From Ramazzottius varieornatus (taxonomy: Eukaryota > Animalia > Tardigrada): a stretch of 64,000 nt of DNA. Under the pieces are notes generated by a model. That model worked only from the letters and a program-made list of their open reading frames with translations, had not been told where the DNA came from and made no database searches. The stretch covers positions 2,187,324-2,251,323 of the forward strand of contig BDGG01000001.1 in NCBI GenBank assembly GCA_001949185.1. Reading direction: 5' to 3'. Of this stretch, positions 54,359-64,000 are shown in pieces; the stretch's first letter is position 1; the number at the start of each line of letters is the position of its first letter. Position numbers and translations under genes: made by a program.

Positions 54359-56395
54359 TCAGCAGTAATTACTGTTGTGGGTCATTTCGAACTCTTGCTT
54401 TGCTTCTGCCCGAAGCTGGGGGTTTTGTATGAGGTCGATACAAGTCATAGCCATCGCTTTGGCTGCTCGAAGGATGTAATACTGTGCTCCTGGTGAACCA
54501 GCGAGGGTTTGAAAGTCTCTTGTGTGGATCAGAGTCTTCTGTCCGATGTACACTTTAGGATGTATGGTCGGTAGCTCGACCGAAACGTTACCGATATCCG
54601 AGGACCCAATGAGGCCTGGGTCTTTTCCATATATTACACCTGGAAAGCATAACTGAAACGGATGAGGCAACTTCCGGTGAAAACTTTCACGTAACGGCGC
54701 AAGAGGCGCACTTTATCACACACCTGCATACCCTCCCACGGCATAAATGCGGGATTCGAGGTATGCAGGTACATGAATGACTAACTTATGCCTTACCGTC
54801 TTGCATAGAATATTTTCCAAAAATATTGGCCATCGCTCTGTTTGTGTCCAGTGGTAAAAATACTCTGGTCATCCATTCTACTTCCACTCGGCAACCTGCA
54901 AATAAGATTATTCTTCATAGCGCAAAAACAAACTATCGAGAACCCCAAACGTCAAAACAACCTGTTGATTTTGCTGCGGCTTCGAAGCAAGCATTCAACT
55001 GTTGCTTCATGATGGGCAAGTCTCGCATTTTCGGACACCTCACGTAATACTGCGACAGAGTGTATTCCGGTACGACGTCCGCGCAAGTACCTCCGTTGAT
55101 GAGGATACCGTGGACCCTCCACTCGGGCATCATGTGCTGTCTTGCTTGGCTGACATTACTGTAGGCGGCAACGGCAGCATCCAGCGCGCTGATGCCTTCT
55201 AATGGTCCGACTGTTGGATGCGAAGCTTTTCCGTGGAAGCGAACAAAACACTAGGATGAAACGCAAGGTAGAGATAATGACAAGAACCAGTACCTGCAGT
55301 TTCTCTGTGGAGTTATACAGTTTCAGGAAGCCTGGCGAAGAACCATGCCTAACCATCACAGACCTGCATATAGGGGCGCCGTACGCATTATGTTGGGACG
55401 CCGGTATGCAGGTGAGTGCAACACAGTTAGCACATTGTTTGCGACCTGCTTGTATCGAAGTTAAAACATCCTTGGAGACCCATCTTACTCTTTCCAAGCC
55501 GAGCGTGACGGTGTACAGGACGTCGTCCGAATGCGGATGGATCATCATGGCGAAGTCGATATCTTTAAAGGCACCGGCATTGATTAGGTCAATTTTCCCA
55601 CCACCACCTTCCTCAGCGGGGGTTCCTACGGGCAACAGAAAATCAGTTAATCATCAAAAAAAGACCCCGAAAACCTCACGGACATACCTAAAACCACCAC
55701 CTGCAAAAGAGAAACGAGTGAAAGCGCCGAGGGCTAAGCTGGTACGCAATCAGCCGGCAAGCAGGGAAGTTCTATCCAGACTGATTACCTTGCCAGCCGG
55801 AAATGACGAGTCGTTAAAAGCTGCCATGCTCAGAGCTTTCATCGCTGCACAAGCGGCTGCTACTCCGGCCTCTGAAGTGAGAACTAAAAGTTAGCTCAAA
55901 CTATTTCGAGGCAGATTCGATTTCGAACGAGGGGAAGAAACCAAAAACCAAGTATTAATACCACAAACATAGGGTAAGATCAACATACCGGCTATCAGAT
56001 TGTGCCTGGCGAAATGGATATGCAATAGAAACGTAACGTGAAAGCGGGTTACGGGATGGAACGGGATGTGAAAACTTCAAAAGGAGAAAGGAATTTTACC
56101 CGCAAGCATGTCCAATTTCCGGTAAGGCATCATATTCGCACAGCAGTGCTACCGTAAGAACTCTCTCCGTCTCCGAAGACGCTCTTCCAAATGAAAACTC
56201 AGCTCGGAATGCTGTAGGGACCTTGCAGTAGCCTCGTTCGACAGTAAAACCGCGTTCCTCCAGGAAATCGGTGATTACCTGATGAGCGAAATGCTCTTCG
56301 TACATCAGTTCCGGTCGCTCCCACAGCTGCCTGCTTATGCTGTCGAAGGCTTCGCTGTTGGCTTGCAGGTACTCGTCCACGATCTTTGTCAGCAT
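54359..56395 (-). CDS. Peptidase M20 domain-containing protein 2-like (copy 1)
   Basis: [49 protein letters not shown]...PTIHP. Confidence 0.9.
54722..54770. repeat. Intronic palindrome, family B
   Basis: Perfect 11-bp arms acctgcatacc / ggtatgcaggt, 49 bp total. Confidence 0.75.
55362..55413. repeat. Intronic palindrome, family B
   Basis: acctgcata...tatgcaggt, 52 bp. Confidence 0.65.
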
Positions 56396-57313
56396 CCTTG
56401 AAACCGGGAGCCTATCTGCAAAATAAGAGACCGTATTTGTTGTAGCACGCGAAGCGTAAACAGCAATGCTGACAGTCAGTGGTGAAATCAAGCATATATT
56501 ATTATGTCTCTTACCGCTTCCGGCGCGCTTCGTCACAGACTGACAGTCGCTGATCTAACAACACTGCAACAGCCGAAGTGCAAGTAGCTAGTGCCAGATT
56601 GTTGTTCTTTGCTCTATTTACGGTCTTGGCGATGCCTCCGAACAAAGTGCAGCCACAGATGGTCCATAAAACACAGCTGATGGTTTTGCTGACAGTATCC
56701 AGATTCCCTCCTTCTGCTTATAAGGATCGCTGGAGTTCTCCAGTTCCTCCCCACCAGACTACGCACAATCGTGGAAAAGCCTGGACACTTGCTGTTCTGG
56801 CTCAGATCCTCATCACACACACAAATTATACACGCTGTGGAAGAAGAGGCGTGCCAGACTGCCAGAAGAGAAAAGTTTTAGATGGAAGATAAAGAAGACG
56901 TCCATCAAAGCAGCGCAGACAATGCAAAGTGCCAAATCACAAACAGCTGAGCGACTTCGTCACCAGCAGGAACTGAAACTGTGGGTATTTCACGTACAAT
57001 GCAATGACGTCACTAGGTTTGAAATGCCGCTTTCTGTGATTAGTGGGCGTGCGGGGCCGTGCACTGTAATCGTGCCGATCGTCTTTCCATTTTCGAGCAG
57101 AGTTGCACGTTTCCAGCCAAAAGTAAAACTAGCCTATGTATAAAAGCTGAAAAAAATGTCAAAGAATACAAATCTGTTATCTGTGCGCTGTAAACTAAAA
57201 AACCACTCGCAGTCCTGTACCATAAATCCATAGCTGCACATACTTTGGCAAGCAGCAGCAAAATCAACTGTCGTCGAACTAAACTAGCACACAACGAATA
57301 AAAAAAGTTCTCT

Positions 57314-58666
57314 TCAGTCTTCGAACTCCTTTATTCGCTTCTGGAATTCATGTTTCACTCGCTCGCGTAAGTCTTGGTTCAAGAAGAGCTCCGTGCAAGT
57401 CAGGGCCATCGACTTTGCGGCGATCAGCGCATACTGCTGCACTTCCGGCTTCCCAGCTAGCTCTTCGAAATCCCGCGTGTGGATCCTACAGTGCCCACCA
57501 AGCGAGTAACCCGGATGGATGCTCGGTACTACCAGTGACACATTTCCCATATCTGGGTAAGAAAAGAAAACCAATGCGTTAGAAACAAAGATCAAGTTCA
57601 ACCCGGAAGTAAACGCATTTTCGGCGTCTGGCGATCAAAGTCCAGAATAACTTACCAGTCGATCCATTGAAACCAAAGCCTGGCACCGGTATGGAAAAAT
57701 AAACTCCTAAACCACGTCACGACTCTCGAAAGACCCCAACAATGTCATCATATTTTCTGAAGACAATAGTTCTTTGAGCTTACCTTCGATCTCCGAGAAG
57801 TGTCTATATACGCTGGACATGGTGGAGTTATGCATGAGACCAGCGAACTGATTCGAGTCCCACGTTACAGTTGATGTGCAGCTGAAGAGGACAAACAAGT
57901 TAGCCAAAATTAGTCACGTGACATTAATTTCAAAAAAAAGGTGTGCGTACTACGTCTTATACAATACTGAAGACTTCAAAAAACCTACCGGTGGCTTTGG
58001 CAGCCGAGTCAACCATCAGAACAAAGTGCTGCTTCAGAAAAACCACGTCCTTCTATGTAAGAGTTCTTATGAAGTAGTGTGAGACTGTAACATCGAGGAT
58101 AATATTCGGCTTCATACCACCGCTGTTGATCACTCCATGGATTCTCCAGGTCGGCTTCATCTGCTGCCGGAAGATGGACACATTCTGGAACACTGCGACC
58201 GCCGCATCCAGCGCGTTCGCTCCCGAAAATCCAGCCACATATAACTAGCAGACCGAGCCGGTCGCTAGTGCAGATTCGGCGATCAGGTTGTGACCTGTGA
58301 CTAAACGCTTTGATTACTTTGAAAAGCACGATCGATTTATTCAAAATATTCTTACCGCAGCCGTGTCCAATGTCAGGTAAAGCGTCATACTCGCACATGA
58401 CGGCGACGGTCGGATGTAAGTTCTTCTGAAACCGCACTTTGAAACTCCGCTCGGAAAGCCGTAGGATCCACTTTGTAATGTGGCGTCACTTGAAAGCCTT
58501 GTTCTTGCAGGTACTGAGTTAGAGTATCGTGGGCGAAGACTTCGTTGAACATCGTTTCCGGTCGCTTCCATATTTCCTGGCTGATGTTCAAGAGGCTGTC
58601 CTTGTTGACTTGCAGGCAAGCTGAAACTACTCCGGTATGATAAGGTGAGACCTGCATGGTGGCCAT
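57314..58666 (-). pseudogene. PM20D2-like copy 2, internal-deletion pseudogene
   Basis: HNLIAESALATGSVC* runs directly into the region before GANALDAAV, whose acceptor reads CG instead of AG. The [11 protein letters not shown] and HAS exons are absent. Confidence 0.8.
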
Positions 58667-59287
58667 TTTACCGTAATCGGGATTGCTTAAAGATGGGATG
58701 CAAATGCTCGCGGGCAGATTCCGGAAGAGAAGGTGGAGTGGAGAATGGAGAAACGGAAAAGAAAAATTCAATGTTGTGATTCTCAATGGTATGACGTGTC
58801 ATAGGACATTACTTGAGCTTACGGAAATCTGTGTACTCACAAATGGCTTGCTTGCCGGAGAGCCGTTTTGGCACGGGCCAACGAGAATCGTTATCCACGA
58901 TAGTATGTTCCGGTTCTTCCATGATTTCACAGCTCCAGTAACCAAAAAACATTACTACAGTATAAGGAAGGTGTTGCCTTCTCTGGTGGTTCCGAAGAAT
59001 GGTTCTACGTGATTGCTGTGCCTTATGCGGCCGTTTAAGTCGAAACTGCGATGTACAGTATTATGAGTGCACTGTATGTGAGGAAAGTGAATGGCGAACC
59101 ATTCAAGAGACTCGAGCTGGAGCTGGACCGACAGCGGACTTTCTGGTCATTTCCACTTGCCCAGCTCGAATGGCTCAAAACTACCCTGAAGAACTGCCAA
59201 GGTGATCCGCCGCGAGAAACGTTAGCCGCGACGAACAGCCGAGGAGAATATTCCCTTCGTCAAGCTATCGAGTATCGAGCTCTACTA

Positions 59288-60003
59288 CACCCTGAGTGCA
59301 CCAACTTGCTACCACCTATCGTATCAGGTTTTTCTCGATGCGATTGTTACTCGGCTTTGAGATCAGTTTTCCTTGATTCAACATCCTGTTTGCTACCTCC
59401 CCAAAAATTACTGCTCAAAAATCTGTTTACAAAAAATCCGGAATCAAAATTAAACCAGGGGAGGCGCGAAGTGAAAATTACAAAAACTTTTGCAAAATTT
59501 TGGGCCCTTTTCGGAAATTATTTTTACAGTTCCCTGCTGTCTTCCTGCAGTTTTGTTGCTGAAAATAGTGGGTGGAGGACATGAACCTTATGTTTTGGAA
59601 AAGATCCAGAGAATTTTTTCTACCAGAGGAGGTTTCCCGGTAAAATGTAAAAGTTTGACGGTTTTAATTCTGTTGTCGAGTTAGTCCGGAATCTTCCTGC
59701 TCTTTCTTCCTTTTTTCTGACCACCAACGTGGTTGTGAGTTTGTTTAAGTCAGTTTGGGGATAAAAACTCCCACCCGGAATTTCTGCAGACAGCGTTTTA
59801 CCTGCTGCGGTATGTCTTCCTCACCGGAAGTCACACTGCTCAACTTTTTCGAACTATTTCCCATTACAATAAGAAGTATCATAGCTCAGTCGAAGCAGCT
59901 TTAAAAGTTGCACGGAACGTGTGGTAGCATGAATGCTAACGTCGTACTCTGAATTTTTCCTCGCCGAAATGCTAGGTGGTAGCAAGTTGGCGCACTCAGG
60001 CTG
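59288..60003. mobile_element. Tc1-like MITE (~716 bp)
   Basis: TA|caccctgagtgcaccaacttgctaccacctatc ... gctaggtggtagcaagttggcgcactcaggctg|TA. Confidence 0.8.
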
Positions 60004-60477
60004 TAGTACGTAACCACGGATCTCCGCCATACGGCTTTTGGATGATCCCCCAACGGAGTGCTTTGCACGCAATACCAGCGGACGTGGAGAGAATGCTTTT
60101 TCCTGGCTTTGTTACACGCTGAGCGGCCCTTACTCGGAGTTTCCTATAGCATGGTGCCTTTTTTTAGTTTGAAAGACAGTATGACTGTTTTCATGTTAGA
60201 GTGCGGCGAGAAAGAGCTCGATGACAGTGCACACCAGTATTATGAAGTCCGAAGCTGATGTTGATAGTGCCTCACTTACCGTCAACAATAATATATTACT
60301 TATTTCAGTTATCTTCGAATGCGAACCGTTCCATTTCACAAACTAACATTCAGATATTCAAGCTTCTCGTTAGAAGAACTTTCGAGTGCAGCTATGAACA
60401 ACGGCATGTGAACGCAACCTACGGCTAACAATTTCCATAAAACGATACATCGAAACACATTCATTGATGCGAAGAAG

Positions 60478-62551
60478 TTAGTTCGTCGTAAAACCTTTTA
60501 TTCTTTCGGCAAATTCCCGCTTGCACTGCTCTTGCATATTCTTGTTCAGAAAGAGCTCTGTGCATGTCAGAGCCATGGACTTTGCCGCTAGAAGCGTGAA
60601 GTGAAGTCCTTCGGGAGTTCCGGCCAGTGCCTCGAAGTCACGGGTGTGAATCATGGAATGGCGACCCAATGCATAACCGGGATGTATACTTGGTACTGTC
60701 AACGAAACGTTGCCCATATCTGCAAAGAGCTCGAGCCTGATTACTGTCTACCTCTTTCACCTTTACGAGCGAAATCAATCTGCAGCTGAAAAATCATCAT
60801 CTTCCCACCTGTTGATCCGTTGAAACCAGGTACGTGTAACGGGAATATTACTCCTGAGAGATGGAAATCAGTGAAAAAATAACGGGGATCGGATAGCATA
60901 AAAACGGGAGCATCAGCACATACCGTCAGCTTCCGAGAAGCTCTTGTACACTTGCGACATCGCGGAATTATGAAGCATGCCCGTGTAAGGATTAGGTTCC
61001 CACATCACATTCACAGTGCACCCTGAAATTCGGGCAATTGTTCATGATATAGTGAAGCAGTACTCCGACAAAGGACGTTCATTTTAGGAAAGCACTGATC
61101 TTTTGTAATGTTTCGATGTTGTTTCTCATAGAGAAACTCTCTTCTCACCTGTTGCAGAAGCAGCTGCGTTGACCATGGCAAGGAAGCGTTCCTTTAGGTA
61201 CGCCATATCGGTCGACGTGATTGTTCTTAAGTAGTAGTTGGACTTTGTGTGATCGGGAATGATGTTCGGCTTGGTTCCGCCTTCCATGATGATGCCATGG
61301 ATCCTCCAGTTCGGCTGCATTTGTTGGCGGAACAAGGAAACGTTGTGGTAGAGCGCCACCGCGGCATCCAGTGCGTTCACTCCCTAAACAAAAAAGAGAG
61401 TCCACCACACTACTCTCATTTGAAGTAATTCAGCACCTTGAAATCAGCAAATGAAGGCGGATAGTTAAGGTAACCAACCTCCCAAGGTCCACAAGATGCA
61501 TGAGCTGCTTTGCCTTGAAACTCGACGGCGACCTGCAAGATCAGCGATAGAGAACCATGGTCGCACAGATGCGAGGAAAACCTTCGCAACTATTCTTTCG
61601 TACTTTTGATAGCTTACTCTTTCGATCCCGAGGATGACAGGCTCTAAGTCGTTGTTGGCAAACGGATGGACCATCATGGCAAAATCGATGTCTTGGAAGG
61701 CTCCGTGGTTGATCAAGTTCACCTTCCCGCCACCTCCTTCCTCAGCGGGAGTTCCTGCGAGCAACAGAAAATTAGAAAATCATTACGAGAAAGCACCCGA
61801 AACCTCACGAACATACCTAAAACCACCACCTGCAAGAGAGAAAGCTTCATTTGAAAGAAAGACATCTCGAAACCCATATTTCCGGTCGTCAGGTTCAACT
61901 TGAACGAAAAGGAAGTTTGATTACCCGACCATCAACTCGCTCAGCATCGTTCTGCAAGTTCAAGTTCCTCAGAATATCGCGGACAGCTAGACCGGTCGCA
62001 ATGGCCGACGTTGCGATCAGGTTGTGTCCTGCACACATAGAAACAAAACATTAGTAGAAACCAAAGACATTATGGATACAGTGTTACAATAGTGCATCTC
62101 TTCCAATGCAAATTTTTGATTTACAGTTGTGTCTACAAGACTGCAACAGATATATTTCACTTACGAACCATTAAACTAACCAAAAATTTGCACCGAAAGG
62201 TATGCACTTTCAACACTGTAGAAGATGCTTGAAATTACCGCAAGCATGGCCGATTTCCGGGAGCGCGTCATATTCGCACATGACACCAACCGTTGGATGG
62301 ACACCTTTCTGGTAATTCGCGCTTTGAAATTCAGCTCGGAATGCTGTGGGATCTACCCCATATCGTTTCGCAACAGTGAAACCTTGCTTCTCTAGAAATT
62401 CCGTTAGCAGCTGATGAGCGAACACTTCGTTGAACATCGTTTCCGGCTTGTTCCATATGGCTTGACTGACGTTGTTCAGATCGCTCTTGTTCGCTTCCAG
62501 CGAAGAGGACACGGCCGCAATGTGGGAGGGCGATACGCTGGACGAAGTCAT
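60478..62551 (-). CDS. Peptidase M20 domain-containing protein 2-like (copy 3)
   Basis: [42 protein letters not shown]|GVNALDAAV, GST|DMGNVS.TVPSIHP. Confidence 0.92.
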
Positions 62552-63101
62552 TGTATAGTGTGCTACTTGAGCAGCAAAAGCAAAGCAGGAGCAGGATATC
62601 TGCAGAAGAAAACGAGATGCAAGTGAAGTGCGCAACTCAAAATGTTCGCACACACAGCAGATGCATCCTCCCCGCTAACGTACCTGGTGTCAAAACTGGA
62701 GCATTTTTAACGATTGACTGAACTTTGGTCCCAGAAAAGATATGAAGCGCTGTCGCTGACAGTACGGCGTACTGAAGGGATGATAACAGCAACTTCCGGT
62801 TTGCCGGGTCTCCGGTATAAACCTCCTCTGCAGAGCTAATCAGTGCACCGTCGGGTACGAAGATGGCTTGTCGCGGTGTGTAGTGTGGAGCTTTGTGCAG
62901 TTACAGGCTAAACGAATTTCTTAGCAATTCAAAGAGTCGACGACGAAGATAAGTCAGCTGTTTCGCAGCTGTTCGTTGTCCCGTTTCCGGCGAAAACTTG
63001 CGCTTTGGGCGTTTGGCGGATTTTTGGTGCCGCCCTTGCTCACTCAAGGGCAACTGGCACATACCTAGGGGAGCCAGGGGATAGAGACCATGCTGTTAGT
63101 G

Positions 63102-63182
63102 AACTTACATCCCTTCCCAATTCCGAAATGATGACCCTACAGGCTACAGCAATGTAACAGCCATTGGGAAGGGATGTAAGTT
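63102..63182. repeat. Perfect 20-bp inverted repeat with a 41-nt spacer in the PM20D2/PTRH2 divergent intergenic region
   Basis: aacttacatcccttcccaat ... attgggaagggatgtaagtt. Confidence 0.85.
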
Positions 63183-63295
63183 GCTTCTTCGAACCCCACA
63201 CTCCTAAGTTCTAACTTCTTACCTGGACGAAATCTCAGTATAGATCGTCAAAGTTCTTGGCGCTTAGTCCGACGATTCCACCTGCAAAAGTTCTG

Positions 63296-64000
63296 ATGAA
63301 GGCATCGCAGACTTCTCGAACGCTGGCGCCTTTGGAAAGTTCCAGTATCACGTTCGATCCTCTCATCCAACAAAGTATGCTTCTCGCTTCCGGCCTGGCT
63401 GCAGGATTCGTTTTGGGATGGTTTGTACGAAGCGGCAAATCATCAGTATTAGCCAAGCTGTCGGCTGGACAAGTCGCTCGCATCGCGAAGGTGGGAAAAT
63501 ACGCACTGAGTCACGGAAAGGTAACGGAAAATTTTGAGGTTTGATCGATCATGAATCAACTGACGGGTAACAGTTTTTCAGGATCACGTGGCTTACGCGA
63601 GGTTCAGTAATGAATCTGGTCACGTGGTTGACGACTTTGTTGAATACAATGGACGCGCCTTTTTAGGCTCGATTAAGAACATGCGTTCTTTTTTTGCCGG
63701 TCCCTCACACCAAGCTGGCTTTGGTTGTGCGGAACGATCTGGAGATGACTAGAGGAAAAGCAGCAGCTCAATGTGGACATGCAGCTGTCGGGACGGTCCA
63801 GAACTTCACCGGAAGGAACAAGAACCTGTTGGACATCTGGTTGGCCACAGGACAAACCAAAGTTGTCCTCAAGGTCGACTCGGAGAGTGATTTGCTCAGA
63901 CTTGCCAAGCAAGCTGAAGCATCTGGAATTGGTAGCTTTCTTGTGCGCGATGCCGGAAGAACCGAAGTGGCGAACGGTACCGTCACAGTCCTTGCCGTTG
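63296..64000 (+). CDS. PTRH2: Peptidyl-tRNA hydrolase 2 (partial, runs off the window)
   Basis: N-terminal TM segment (LLASGLAAGFVLGWFV), then KLALVVRNDLEMTRGKAAAQCGHAAV, GQTKVVLKV and VRDAGRTEVA.GT.TVLAV. Confidence 0.92.

Noticed and set aside
24548-54710. Single family-A half-arms at ~24548, ~40180, ~44881 and ~54700
   Set aside because: There is no matching opposite arm at 27 nt, so they are not counted as copies.
55202-55894. 230-aa plus-strand ORF, and similar antisense ORFs at 38911, 50548 and 53530
   Set aside because: These are antisense shadows of real genes on the opposite strand.
59051-59584. 177-aa ORF between PM20D2 copies
   Set aside because: It runs through a MITE terminus and has no domain signal, so it is likely fortuitous.
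59985-59996. caagttggcgca in the Tc1-like MITE TIR resembles the family-A arm
   Set aside because: The match is short, needs an insertion and is in the wrong orientation relative to the element ends. That is insufficient to link the two families.

Overview
This is compact eukaryotic (animal) genomic DNA, gene-dense, with very short GT-AG introns. The style suggests a tardigrade such as Ramazzottius, but that is an inference only. Recognisable genes: mitochondrial thiolase (ACAT1), an 11-exon tandem bulb-type mannose lectin that the ORF track misses, an intronless myristoylated IRS-PTB adaptor, prominin, a secreted LRR + C-type-lectin protein, DNAAF5, an orphan head-to-head with DNAAF5, a divergent protein kinase, UAP1, ARL2, MRPL45, PSMA2, an SLC9B/NHA antiporter, RCC1L, three tandem PM20D2-like genes (the middle one a deletion pseudogene) and PTRH2 (truncated at the window end). 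Mobile DNA includes a decayed PIF/Harbinger with a nested hAT-type MITE, an intron-containing pogo-type element, several TIR MITEs and a probable LINE tail. The most striking unexplained signal is a dispersed family of ~51-60 bp palindromes, CCAAGTGGCGCA-N27-TGCGCCACTTGG. I found eight copies by eye. All have exactly 27 nt between the arms; seven lie in introns of unrelated genes and the eighth in a probable 5'-UTR intron. A second, unrelated ~50 bp intronic palindrome family (ACCTGCATAC...GTATGCAGGT) has four copies. All gene models were assembled by hand and need RNA-seq confirmation.
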